From Octopus bimaculoides (Eukaryota), in assembly GCF_001194135.2 (NCBI RefSeq), contig NC_068981.1, forward strand, positions 10,604,512 to 10,640,950: a stretch of 36,439 nucleotides of DNA, in the 5' to 3' direction. Below, piece by piece: positions 10,481 through 21,725 of the stretch (position 1 is its first letter; each line of letters opens with the position of its first letter). Made by a program: the position numbers and the translations under genes. Below the pieces are notes generated by a model. The model had not been told where the DNA came from. It did no database searches and was given only the letters and a program-made list of their open reading frames with translations.

Positions 10481-10841
10481 CCACAGTACCCATGGGATCA
10501 CCAAGTGGCTTGCACGGCAAGGACATCTCAGCTGGGAGAAGGAGAGAAACTGAGAGATGTGGCCAGGCGAGAGGTTGGGGGTATGATAGGGGGTCAGGGA
10601 TAGCTGTCTTACTTCAGAGGAGACACTTGGCTACCCCAGTAGGACAAGGAAGCAGTGGGAGAGAGAGAGAGAGAAAGAGAAAGACGGACAGACAGACAGA
10701 GACAATCATTGCAATGTAAATTCAAGTTTTCAATAAGAATTTCTCGACAAACTCCAGTCAAGTGAGAGAGCTGATGGATTGCTTAGCAACGGTCCTTATA
10801 GATGTGTTTTCAAATTTTTTCCCTAATGAATCATTTTGAGG

Positions 10842-11204
10842 AGTGGAGGTGCAATGGCGCAGTGGACTCGCGGTTTCGATTCCCAGACCGGGTGTTGTGA
10901 GTGTTTATTGAGCGAAAACACCTAAAGCTCCACGAGGCTCCAGCAGGGGATGGTGGCGAACCCTGCTGTACTCTTTCACCACAACTTTCTCTCACTCTTA
11001 CTTCCTGTTTCTGTTGTGCCTGTAATTCAAAGGGTCAGCCTTGTCACACTCTGTGTCACGCTGAATCTCTCCGAGAACTACGTTAAGGGTACACGTGTCT
11101 GTGGAGTGCTCAGCCACTTGCACGTTAATTTCACAAGCAGGCTGTTCCGTTGATCGGATCAACTGGAACCCTCGACGTCGTAAGCGACGGAGTGCCAACA
11201 ACAA
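10842..11204 (+). mobile_element. tRNA-headed SINE (third family) with (CAA)n tail and 10-bp TSD
   Basis: Head tggcgcagtgg...ggtttcgattccc (shortened between boxes); 3' gacggagtgccaacaacaa; CATTTTGAGG at 10832-10841 and 11205-11214. Confidence 0.85.
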
Positions 11205-11303
11205 CATTTTGAGGGTTTTGGTTGTTAGATTTGCCAAACGTGGTGCAAAGTTTAATGTTGGCAGGTTGTTTGGATTTGTCAGCCATTGAATAGATTGCAT
11301 GGG

Positions 11304-11803
11304 GGTGTGTGTGGCATAGTGGTTAGTGTGTTGTACTCACAATTGCTACATCATCATTATCATTTGACGTCTGTTTTCCATGCTGGCAAGTCAGAGCACT
11401 GTACCAGTTTTCACTGTCTTGGCATGGTTTCTACAGCTGGATGCCCTTCCTAATGCCAGCAACCTTACAGAGCGAACTGAGTGCTTTTTACGTGGCCCCA
11501 GTACTGGCATGGTTTTTTACAGCTGGATGCCCTTCCTAATGCCATCCACTTTACAGAGTGGCCCGGGTGTTTTTTACATCGCATCCTGGACCGAGCAGTG
11601 CACTGTGTTCTTGAGCAAAACTCTTCATTTCATGTTGCTCCAGTCCACTCAACTGTAAATGGGTAACACCTTGCAACAGACTATCCTGATTGGGGTAACA
11701 TTGGCTTGCTCACCTAGCCTCTGGGATGGTATCATTCGAAAGCTAAAATGATGCAAAGCACCTTGTGTGCAAAGTATAACAACATCTGGTTGGTCACAGG
11801 ATC
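11304..11803 (+). mobile_element. tRNA-headed CORE-like SINE (fourth family) interrupted by a family B insertion
   Basis: Head gtggcatagtggttagtgtgttgtactcac, resumes at 11585 cctggacc...tgtgttcttgagcaaaactcttcatttc. Same family on minus strand at 32329-32585. Confidence 0.7.
11349..11584 (-). mobile_element. Family B-like tail nested in a SINE, with internal duplication
   Basis: catcatcatt...tttccatgctggc; gcatggttt(..)tacagctggatgcccttcctaatgcca occurs twice (~11422 and ~11507). Confidence 0.8.
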
Positions 11804-12159
11804 AAGATTGCAGACCAATTCCAACACAACATTACAGAACCTGTATTAACTGAACACTAATAGATGGCGGGAAGTGTATTAGTAGGCTGGCTACCATTGA
11901 TGATTAGCTGTCCATGCATTTTCATTGAGCAGAGTAATCATTGTTGATGCAGTGAACTGGCAGCGGAATTATTAACATTATTGCTAGATATAACTATCTA
12001 TTGTTGTGACTTGCAAAAGAGAGAGAGAGAGAGAGAGGGTGGCCAGAGGTTAATTAAAGCAGAAAAGAAACAAATAAGTTTATTTGGCTTTTTCAATTGC
12101 TAGGCATTCTTCCTTTCTTCTTCTCTCTCTCTCTCTCTCTCTTTCCACACATATATATT

Positions 12160-12283
12160 TGGCAAAAGAGACAAATAGAACAAGTACCAGACTTATTAAA
12201 TATAAGTACAGGGGTAGATTGTTCCACTAAACCCTTCAAGGCAATACCCTTACATAGCCACTGTCCAATGACTGAAACCAGTA
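12160..12283 (+). mobile_element. Family A SINE 3' fragment
   Basis: ttggcaaaagagacaaatagaacaagtaccag...ccaatgactgaaacc. Confidence 0.6.
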
Positions 12284-12306
12284 CACACACACATATACAA
12301 ACATAC

Positions 12307-12345
<39 letters not shown>

Positions 12346-12346
<1 letters not shown>

Positions 12347-12554
12347 TCTTTTCTACTCTAGGCACAANNNNNNNNNNNNNNNNNNNNNNNNNNNNNNNNN
12401 NNNNNNNNNNNNNNNNNNNNNNGATTAGATCGACTCCAGTACGCAACTGGTACTTAATTTATTGATCCCGAAAGGCAAAGTTGACCTCAGCAGAATTTGA
12501 ACTCAGAACGTAAAGACACCAAGCGTTTCACCCACTCTGCTAACAATTCTGCCT
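12346..12554 (-). mobile_element. Family D SINE (partly in gap)
   Basis: ccagtacgcaactggtacttaatttattgatcccgaaaggcaaagttgacctcagcagaatttgaactcag. Confidence 0.8.
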
Positions 12555-12557
12555 TAT

Positions 12558-12972
12558 ATCATCATCATCATCATCATCACCGTTTAACGTCCGCTTTCCA
12601 TGCTAGCATGGGTTGGACGATTTGACTGAGGACTGGTGGACCAGGTGGCTACACCAGGCTCCAATCTGATCTGGCAAACTTTCTACAGCTGGATGCCCTT
12701 CCTAACACCAACCACTCCGAGAGTGTAGTGGGTGCTTTTATGTGCCACCTGCACGGGAGCCAGTCCAGCAGCACTGGCAACAACCTCGCTCGAATGATTT
12801 TCTAACGTGCCACCAGCACAAGTGCTGGAAGGCGACGCTCGTACCAATTATGCTCAAATGATGCCATTTACAGGCCACTTGCACAGAAGCCAAACAGCTG
12901 CTCTGGTAATGAACACGCTCGGACAGTGCTGTTAGTACTCCACTGGCACAGGTGCCAGTCATCGGATATGGT
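12558..12972 (-). mobile_element. Family B long 3' UTR copy with (GAT)n tail
   Basis: Longest copy; shares its 5' start (taacca-at-cgatgactggcacc) with 2580-2928. Confidence 0.9.
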
Positions 12973-13007
12973 TAGTCATGATGTTAAGACAAAAGAAATA
13001 TACATAT

Positions 13008-13110
13008 TATCATTTTAATATCCACTTTCCATGCTTGCATCAGTCAGATGGAATTTGATAATGCAGTTTTCTACAGATGGATACCTTTCTATTTGCCAAC
13101 CCTCGTCTGC
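13008..13110 (-). mobile_element. Variant (GAT)n-tailed retroelement end
   Basis: tccactttccatgcttgcat...ttttctacagatggatacc...gccaaccctc. Confidence 0.6.
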
Positions 13111-13308
13111 ATGATAGTATTTACTCCTGGTAGGATATCTTTCATAAAGAATTGACATTACCTGTACAACAGTGAAGTGTGTTTACAACTGCCATGCAAC
13201 GTCAAGACAAACATGCATACACACACACAAACTCATGTACAAGTGCGGTAGGGTTTTTCCAGCTTTTGTCTCTCAAAACTACTCACAAGGGATAATTGAA
13301 AACACATG

Positions 13309-13674
13309 CAGGAGTGGCTGTGTGGTAAGTAGCTTGCTTACCAACCACAGGGTTCCAGGTTCATTCCCACTGTGTGGCACCTTGGGCAAGTGTCTTCTAC
13401 TATAGCCTCAGGCCAACCAAAGCCTTGTGAGTGGATTTGGTAGATGGAAACTGAAAGAAGCCCGTCGTATATATGTATGTGTGTATATGTTTGTGTATTT
13501 GTGTTTGTCCCACCACCATTGCTTGACAACTGATGGTGATGTGTTTACGTCCCCATAACTTAGCGGTTCAGCAAAAGAGACTGATAGAATAAGTACTAGG
13601 CTTACAAAGAATAAGTCCTGGGGTTGATTTGTTCTCCAGCATGGCCACAGTCAAACGACTGAAACAAATAAAAG
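13309..13674 (+). mobile_element. Family A SINE, full length
   Basis: ggagtggctgtgtggtaagtagc...ggttcattccc...accttgggcaagtgtc...gactgaaacaaataaaag. Confidence 0.92.
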
Positions 13675-13709
13675 CACACAGTTCTATATTTAAGAGATGA
13701 GGAATTATG

Positions 13710-13916
13710 TACATTATTTACATTTGACAGATATTTGTCCTCATTTTGTTTGTTGTTAACACAATGTTTCAGCTGATATACCCTCCTGGGTTCTCATTCC
13801 TAAGGTATTTTTCGATGTTGTTATTATTATTATTATTAATAAGGAGGTTATATCAGCCGAAACGTGTTAACAACAAACAAGATGAGAACAAATATCCGTC
13901 AAATGTAAATAATGTA
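13710..13916. repeat. ~77-bp inverted repeat pair, probable Penelope-like pLTR remnants
   Basis: 13710-13787 is the near reverse complement of 13842-13916. Arms carry atatcagc(c/t)gaaac, the 3' half of a hammerhead core. Confidence 0.8.
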
Positions 13917-13952
13917 GAATAAAAAGAATAACACACACACACACATACACAA

Positions 13953-14109
13953 AAGACTACTTTCAGTTTCTGTCTACCATATTCACTTACAAAGCTTAGA
14001 TCAACCCAGGGCAAAAGTGGAAGAATTACCTGAGGTGCTACACAATAGGAGTAAACCCAGAACTATGTGGTTGGGGAACAAATTTCTTAACCACACAGCC
14101 AAGCCTGCA
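13953..14109 (-). mobile_element. Family A SINE 5' half, diverged
   Basis: ctttcagtttctgtctaccatattcacttacaaagc...tttcttaaccacacagcc. Confidence 0.75.
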
Positions 14110-14897
14110 CCTATGTATATTTTTAAATTCCTGTCCTTGTAAAGTTTTTTGTATTTATTTGTGTGTGTATGTTACAGAAAGGAACTGCGTAAATATAATA
14201 TACTTCCTGAGACTAGTGAAAACATAAGTCTTCCTCATTCCTTCTTTCCATTGGCAGTTAACAATTTGTTTTTTTTATTTGTCTAAAGATCCTGTTTTAA
14301 AGAACATCACTTTCAGTTTTACAGTTTTTTCTTTTTTTTTTTTTTGTTTGCTTTAATGCTGAAAAAAATGTAAGAAAATTTCAGGGTCGTTTTTGTATTT
14401 TTAAACATCTGATGAAAGAATCTTCAACTTTTTGAAGAACTTTTATTTATTTATTTTTTTCCCCCCCTACTTCCTGAAATAAAAAATATCTACAAATATA
14501 ATTTGCTGTCCAACCCACGGAAGATGAACATTAAAGAATGATGATTAATGTATCTATATATAAATATATACACATAAGACCACAATATTATTGGGGATGT
14601 TTTTATTATTCCTTTTTCTCCAACCATTATCTTGGTGTGAGTAACATGTCTGAAAAGTACATGTCTTTTTTAGTACAACAATAACTCAATTGTTCTGCTG
14701 TTATTCCTGATAATATTTTCTTTCACTTTTATTTCAAACTCCAAAGCTGATATTTGCTCTAATCTTTAAAACTAGAAATAGAATGATTTTTCCATATATA
14801 AATTTCTTAGTTGAGAAAACTGTTGAAATACAGCATCCAAGGTCAACATATCTTGGAGAGACAGATCGGCTATCCTGGTTATATTATTAGTCTACAT

Positions 14898-15235
14898 CAG
14901 TTGTTCCCAAACTTTTTCAGGCTGCTGCCCCTTTTAACACCCAGACAACATTCCTAGTGCCCCCACCCCAATTAACCATCACAAACATAGACCTCTTTCT
15001 GAAGCAAATTCAAAGCAACTATATTTCACAAATAAAATTTAAACCAATGAACCCATTATTTTGTTGTTTTTACATGAATCACTACTCCATTATTGCCCCA
15101 CTTTTAACATGAATCGCTACCCCATTATAACCCCATTTTTTACATGAACCACTACCCTATTATTGCCCCACTTTTTACATGAATTGCTACCCCATTATTG
15201 CCCCACTTTTTACATGAATCGCTACCCCATAAACC
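14898..15235 (+). mobile_element. Possible hAT-type MITE remnant containing a minisatellite
   Basis: Starts cagttgttcccaaactttt, resembling CAGTGGTTCCCAAAC hAT MITE termini; no matching right TIR found. Confidence 0.35.
15071..15230. repeat. 35-bp minisatellite, ~4.6 copies
   Basis: Unit tacatgaatcgctaccccattattgccccactttt starting at 15071, 15106, 15141, 15176, 15211. Confidence 0.95.
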
Positions 15236-15269
15236 TCTGCCAAGGCAACACCAATACCCTCTTGATAAT

Positions 15270-15594
15270 TAGCCGGAGATGGTTTTTAAAATGAGAATAT
15301 CTGAAATAAACTCGACTTCTCCCACAAATGAAAATACTAAAAATGAACCTGACCGCTCTCAAAAATTAAGTAAAAAAAAAAAAATGGAAAAATAACCTAG
15401 AATCCTTGTCCAGTATTGGATCGATCCCAAAATCTAATCAGTTTGCGCCAGTCACAAGGCCAAACATCCCCGAAAGTTTCATCCAAATCCATCCAGCAGT
15501 TCTTGAGATATCTTGTCCACGGACAGACAAACAAACAAAACAAACAAATGCAACTGAAAACAATACCTCCACCTTTGCTAAGGTGGAGGTAATA
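15270..15594 (+). mobile_element. Helentron-associated (HINE/DINE-like) non-autonomous element
   Basis: 3' perfect 12-bp hairpin TACCTCCACCTT-tgct-AAGGTGGAGGTA (15564-15591) preceded by (CAAA)n and tttcatccaaatccatccagcagttcttgagatatc. Confidence 0.6.
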
Positions 15595-16000
15595 AGACAG
15601 GGTAATCTGAATGCTAAAGGGTTAAGTCACAGTCTCTGGTACAAGAATATATTTCTCCCTCCTCCCTTCTGTTTATCCCATATGATCTTTGGAGTCATTT
15701 GTACTATACACTTGACAATAACAATGGATAGTATTTCATTTTTATACCTCTTGATGACGTTACACTTCTGGTCATATTATACAAATTGTGACATGTTCAT
15801 GACAATACTACATGGCATGTCACTCTTAATGATAATGAATGGATTCTATTATATTTGACAAAAGCTTAGATAGTATGACACACTCTGGGTAATAAAGTAT
15901 AAAATAATGTTTGACAGTAATGTGGTAAAAATATTTATTTTTATTTTTTTTATATGAAAGGTTCATTAAACAGGCCTAGGCACGGTTGGGTGGAAAGCAT

Positions 16001-16158
16001 AGGTGCAAGTGTGGCAGTTTGTTTCTCAGCTTCATGGTTCCAGGTTCAGTTTCACTGCCTGACACCTTGAGCAAGTGTCTTCTATTTATAGCCTTGGGCT
16101 GATCAAAGCCTTCTGAATAGATTTGGTAGACAGAGACTGGAAGAAGCCTGTAATATAT
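16001..16158 (+). mobile_element. Family A SINE 5' half (runs into gap)
   Basis: ggttccaggttcagtttcactgcctgacaccttgagcaagtgtcttct. Confidence 0.75.
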
Positions 16159-16969
16159 NNNNNNNNNNNNNNNNNNNNNNNNNNNNNNNNNNNNNNNNNN
16201 NNNNNNNNNNNNNNNNNNNNNNNNNNNNNNNNNNNNNNNNNNNNNNNNNNNNNNNNNNNNNNNNNNNNNNNNNNNNNNNNNNNNNNNNNNNNNNNNNNNN
16301 NNNNNNNNNNNNNNNNNNNNNNNNNNNNNNNNNNNNNNNNNNNNNNNNNNNNNNNNNNNNNNNNNNNNNNNNNNNNNNNNNNNNNNNNNNNNNNNNNNNN
16401 NNNNNNNNNNNNNNNNNNNNNNNNNNNNNNNNNNNNNNNNNNNNNNNNNNNNNNNNNNNNNNNNNNNNNNNNNNNNNNNNNNNNNNNNNNNNNNNNNNNN
16501 NNNNNNNNNNNNNNNNNNNNNNNNNNNNNNNNNNNNNNNNNNNNNNNNNNNNNNNNNNNNNNNNNNNNNNNNNNNNNNNNNNNNNNNNNNNNNNNNNNNN
16601 NNNNNNNNNNNNNNNNNNNNNNNNNNNNNNNNNNNNNNNNNNNNNNNNNNNNNNNNNNNNNNNNNNNNNNNNNNNNNNNNNNNNNNNNNNNNNNNNNNNN
16701 NNNNNNNNNNNNNNNNNNNNNNNNNNNNNNNNNNNNNNNNNNNNNNNNNNNNNNNNNNNNNNNNNNNNNNNNNNNNNNNNNNNNNNNNNNNNNNNNNNNN
16801 NNNNNNNNNNNNNNNNNNNNNNNNNNNGGTTATGAGCGATAGTGGTGTCAATTAGACCCAGAGGTTTCAGGTAATGCTGAGTAAGTGCTATGGATAGACC
16901 ACATTTAAGCTCCAGGTTCTCTGATTATGCGAATAAGGGGTTCAACGTAGGTCATATATCAGCGTGTGA

Positions 16970-17148
16970 ATATAAGGATTTACTTTTCGTAATGAGATAA
17001 AAAACAAATCTGAGTATAATATAGAACATTTATAAATAGAAGGTCTTATTTATAAATGTTCTATTTATAAATGCCTATTTATAAATGTTCTATATTATAC
17101 ACACAGTCTTGTTTTTTTTATCTCATTACGAAAAGTAAATCCTTATAT
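16970..17148. repeat. Foldback palindrome / MITE-like element
   Basis: tataaggatttacttttcgtaatgagataaaaaacaa...tataatatagaacatttataaatag is mirrored by 17077-17147; abuts (TA)n. Confidence 0.85.
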
Positions 17149-17165
17149 ATATATATATATATATA

Positions 17166-17673
17166 AGATACAAATAAATTGACAATTTATTTTCAAATGC
17201 ATGAACACTGGTGTAACAGCAGAAATATTGGATAAGATACCCTTATAAAACAGAAAGATTTGTTAGCAATCAGCCAGGAGACTCGAACTCACATCCCTTT
17301 AGTTTCCAGCCAAGTGCTTTACCAATTAAGTTTAACTGCCCACTGACAAATTAACCCACAATTTTAGAACTTATAAAGCTACAAAGCTCAATGTACAACT
17401 ATATAAACGTTGAAATATGTACCGCAAGATACAAGAAAGAAGATAATTTATTTTCAAACACCCGAACACTGGGATAACAGCAGAAATATTAGATGAGATA
17501 TCCTTATAAAGCGGAAAAATTTGAAACTTAAATGCACATCCCTTTAGTAAAGGAAATTAAAGTCTTATAGCTGGTTGCTGACAAATGTTTCTGCTTTATA
17601 AGGGTATCTTATCCAATATTTCTGCTGTTATTCCCACGTTTGTATGTTTGAAAATTATCATCTTATTTGTATC
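17166..17673. repeat. Three copies of a ~90-100 bp unit (two direct, one inverted)
   Basis: aacagcagaaatatt(g/a)gat(a/g)agata(c/t)ccttataaa at ~17184-17270 (+), ~17445-17520 (+), ~17577-17673 (-). Confidence 0.85.
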
Positions 17674-17731
17674 GTGCAGTACACATTTCAATGCTTTAAA
17701 AAACAAACATTTGTTTACATTTATGGTCATA

Positions 17732-17759
<28 letters not shown>

Positions 17760-17762
<3 letters not shown>

Positions 17763-17974
17763 CTTTGTGTCTCTGCTTGACCCCCACTACCACTTGCCAA
17801 CTATTATTCATGTGTTTTTACCCCCACCCCCAAGACTTAGTGGTTTGTCAAAAGAGACTGATAGAATAAGTACTAGGCTTAAAAAAAAGCAAAAATTAAG
17901 TATAGGGGTCAATTCATTCAACTAGAAATTTGTCAAGGCAGTGCTCCAGTTTGGCCAGTCTAATGACTAACAAG
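17760..17974 (+). mobile_element. Family A SINE 3' half
   Basis: After (TG)n 17734-17762: gacttagtggtttgtcaaaagagactgatagaataagtactaggc...gtgctccag. Confidence 0.75.
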
Positions 17975-18226
17975 NNNNNNNNNNNNNNNNNNNNNNNNNN
18001 NNNNNNNNNNNNNNNNNNNNNNNNNNNNNNNNNNNNNNNNNNNNNNNNNNNNNNNNNNNNNNNNNNNNNNNNNNNNNNNNNNNNNNNNNNNNNNNNNNNN
18101 NNNNNNNNNNNNNNNNNNNNNNNNNNNNNNNNNNNNNNNNNNNNNNNNNNNNNNNNNNNNNNNNNNNNNNNNNATAAATTAAATAAAATAAAGATGAATA
18201 CACAAAATTGCACACAACAAACAAAA

Positions 18227-18268
<42 letters not shown>

Positions 18269-18271
<3 letters not shown>

Positions 18272-18809
18272 TGCCCTGATGCAGTACCAGGCAATGGCTC
18301 TCATGGCTTCTGATCTTAATTGATTGGAAGTGTTATCATGTACATTGTTTTGTCTTGGTATAAAAGATGGGCTACAACAAATATTCTGCTTAATACCACA
18401 GATTTGCTTGTCAGCTGTTTGACCTTAATCAGTTGAGCATGTCCCTTGGTGGCTGACGATATGTGAATCTCTGATCACGAGCAGAAGTAGTGGGGGAGCA
18501 TCATAGTCATGTATTGTGAGGAATTCTTTGGGGTTTGGATAATTAACCTCTGGAAAGATGGGTGTTTTGTTCTGCATCCTTAAACAACCCCTATACAGGG
18601 ACCTTTTGAGCGGGATAGGCTACTCAATCTGAAGAAAATTCTAACTGGTCCCCACCTGCAAGGTCATACGCGGTTTATCTTGATATAACATCATTATGTC
18701 GTGCGTGTGCCTGGTGTACCCTTACCAGAGGGGTAGTCATGATGGGTATACTGGGCTTCGTATATTTTACCCCAGTGTCACTTTGATGGCATGCACTGCT
18801 CTCTCACTC
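18269..18809 (+). mobile_element. ~540-bp non-coding interspersed repeat bounded by (AAT)n, probable LINE 3' UTR
   Basis: Higher-GC block with sharp boundaries, (AAT)n at 18228-18268 and 18810-18850, no long ORF. Recalled as an octopus repeat, unverified. Confidence 0.55.
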
Positions 18810-18850
<41 letters not shown>

Positions 18851-18851
<1 letters not shown>

Positions 18852-19046
18852 TTTTTCTGCTATGGGCACAAGGTCTGAAATTTTGGGGAAGGGTAAGTCG
18901 ATTACATTGACCCCACTGTTTTCCTGGTACTTAATTTATCGACTCTGAAAGGACGAAAGGCAAAGTCAACCTTGGCAGAATTTGAAGAGGGACAAAATGC
19001 TACTAAGCAGTTTACCTGGTGTGCTAACGATTCTACCAACTCACCT
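18851..19046 (-). mobile_element. Family D SINE
   Basis: ctggtacttaatttatcgactctgaaaggacgaaaggcaaagtcaaccttggcagaatttgaa. Confidence 0.8.
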
Positions 19047-20597
19047 TATTGTTGTTGATGATGATGTAATAAATAAAATGTCAAATGTCTTAGTGATTGA
19101 CTTTTGGCCCACCCTGTGTACACACACACACACACATATATATATATACACATACAGCAGGCTATTTTTATATGTATTGAGTAAAATTTTCAAATAAATA
19201 AATTGAACAAGTACTTAATGTGGTCAGCTCTTTAATAAATAAACAATTAAATTATATATATATATATATATATATTTAAAAATACCCACAAACATATACA
19301 AATAAATGAAAACAAATATACATTATAACACACATTTTAATAAACAATTAACAAGTTTCTTTAATGAAATGTCAAACAAAAATTAATTTTTAAAAAAGCC
19401 AAGAGANNNNNNNNNNNNNNNNNNNNNNNNNNNNNNNNNNNNNNNNNNNNNNNNNNNNNNNNNNNNNNNNNNNNNNNNNNNNNNNNNNNNNNNNNNNNNN
19501 NNNNNNNNNNNNNNNNNNNNNNNNNNNNNNNNNNNNNNNNNNNNNNNNNNNNNNNNNNNNNNNNNNNNNNNNNNNNNNNNNNNNNNNNNNNNNNNNNNNN
19601 NNNNNNNNNNNNNNNNNNNNNNNNNNNNNNNNNNNNNNNNNNNNNNNNNNNNNNNNNNNNNNNNNNNNNNNNNNNNNNNNNNNNNNNNNNNNNNNNNNNN
19701 NNNNNNNNNNNNNNNNNNNNNNNNNNNNNNNNNNNNNNNNNNNNNNNNNNNNNNNNNNNNNNNNNNNNNNNNNNNNNNNNNNNNNNNNNNNNNNNNNNNN
19801 NNNNNNNNNNNNNNNNNNNNNNNNNNNNNNNNNNNNNNNNNNNNNNNNNNNNNNNNNNNNNNNNNNNNNNNNNNNNNNNNNNNNNNNNNNNNNNNNNNNN
19901 NNNNNNNNNNNNNNNNNNNNNNNNNNNNNNNNNNNNNNNNNNNNNNNNNNNNNNNNNNNNNNNNNNNNNNNNNNNNNNNNNNNNNNNNNNNNNNNNNNNN
20001 NNNNNNNNNNNNNNNNNNNNNNNNNNNNNNNNNNNNNNNNNNNNNNNNNNNNNNNNNNNNNNNNNNNNNNNNNNNNNNNNNNNNNNNNNNNNNNNNNNNN
20101 NNNNNNNNNNNNNNNNNNNNNNNNNNNNNNNNNNNNNNNNNNNNNNNNNNNNNNNNNNNNNNNNNNNNNNNNNNNNNNNNNNNNNNNNNNNNNNNNNNGG
20201 CCAGTGAGTTCAAAATCTCTCACCCTAATGAATTCTCTACTGTTTTTTGTTCTGCGTGTATCAAAAATATCGCTATCAATTTAGAGTAATAATTTGTAGT
20301 TTTGGAATCAGTAGTTCTTTGGCTGCTATTTCTGAATTCTCAGTATGTTGGAGAAGCAGGTTACTGTCAATCCCTATATATTTATGATTATCTGTATGTA
20401 TATGTAAATATATGTACATCCACAGACAAACACATATATAAACATATATATGTCGGTACAGTACCCACATCAGTGGTAGGCTATCAAAGGGAGATTAAGT
20501 TGACTGGGGTGGCACCTTGGGCATGTGATAGCAACTCCTTAGCCTCTCATGCCAGGGATAAAGTGATGATGCTGACGGTAGGACGCTGGATAACCGA

Positions 20598-20830
20598 CAA
20601 TGCAGAGAATTCCTAGACTAACAGCTTGAAGGTTATTGCAACCGAGCCGAAGAGTTGTACCAGCAGACAACGATTAGACATAAACTAGCAAATAAGCTGC
20701 TACTGCATGGCAGCCTTGTCATCGGCCATGTTTGCTGCACTCTCGTAAACCACTTGGTACCTGGTGTGGAGGCCCAGGGAGGCAGTGGAGGGACAACACC
20801 AAATGCTTCACTCAATGCCCAAAGGTGCTT
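20598..20830 (+). pseudogene. Possible decayed RTE-like ORF C-terminus
   Basis: QCREFLD*QLEGYCNRAEELYQQTTIRHKLANKLLLHGSLVIGHVCC loosely parallels the RTE pattern CLRRIL..W..NEELY...I...RRL.W.GHV.R. Confidence 0.3.
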
Positions 20831-20891
20831 TAGTTCAGAGAAATCTGAACAAAACAGTCAACATCAGCCTATGACAGACAGCCACTGCCAA

Positions 20892-20896
20892 TATAT

Positions 20897-20957
<61 letters not shown>

Positions 20958-21725
20958 NNNNNNNNNNNNNNNNNNNNNNNNNNNNNNNNNNNNNNNNNNN
21001 NNNNNNNNNNNNNNNNNNNNNNNNNNNNNNNNNNNNNNNNNNNNNNNNNNNNNNNNNNNNNNNNNNNNNNNNNNNNNNNNNNNNNNNNNNNNNNNNNNNN
21101 NNNNNNNNNNNNNNNNNNNNNNNNNNNNNNNNNNNNNNNNNNNNNNNNNNNNNNNNNNNNNNNNNNNNNNNNNNNNNNNNNNNNNNNNNNNNNNNNNNNN
21201 NNNNNNNNNNNNNNNNNNNNNNNNNNNNNNNNNNNNNNNNNNNNNNNNNNNNNNNNNNNNNNNNNNNNNNNNNNNNNNNNNNNNNNNNNNNNNNNNNNNN
21301 NNNNNNNNNNNNNNNNNNNNNNNNNNNNNNNNNNNNNNNNNNNNNNNNNNNNNNNNNNNNNNNNNNNNNNNNNNNNNNNNNNNNNNNNNNNNNNNNNNNN
21401 NNNNNNNNNNNNNNNNNNNNNNNNNNNNNNNNNNNNNNNNNNNNNNNNNNNNNNNNNNNNNNNNNNNNNNNNNNNNNNNNNNNNNNNNNNNNNNNNNNNN
21501 NNNNNNNNNNNNNNNNNNNNNNNNNNNNNNNNNNNNNNNNNNNNNNNNNNNNNNNNNNNNNNNNNNNNNNNNNNNNNNNNNNNNNNNNNNNNNNNNNNNN
21601 NNNNNNNNNNNNNNNNNNNNNNNNNNNNNNNNNNNNNNNNNNNNNNNNNNNNNNNNNNNNNNNNNNTATATATGCATACACATATATATATATGCATACA
21701 CATATATATGTATATATATATATAA
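20892..21725. repeat. (TA)n microsatellite flanking a gap
   Basis: TA runs on both sides of N 20958-21666. Confidence 0.85.

Noticed and set aside
15406-15858. 150-aa ORF and a DDVTLL RT-like motif near 15750
   Set aside because: 5' half is the Helentron-like repeat; the rest lacks other RT motifs and has stops in the DD frame
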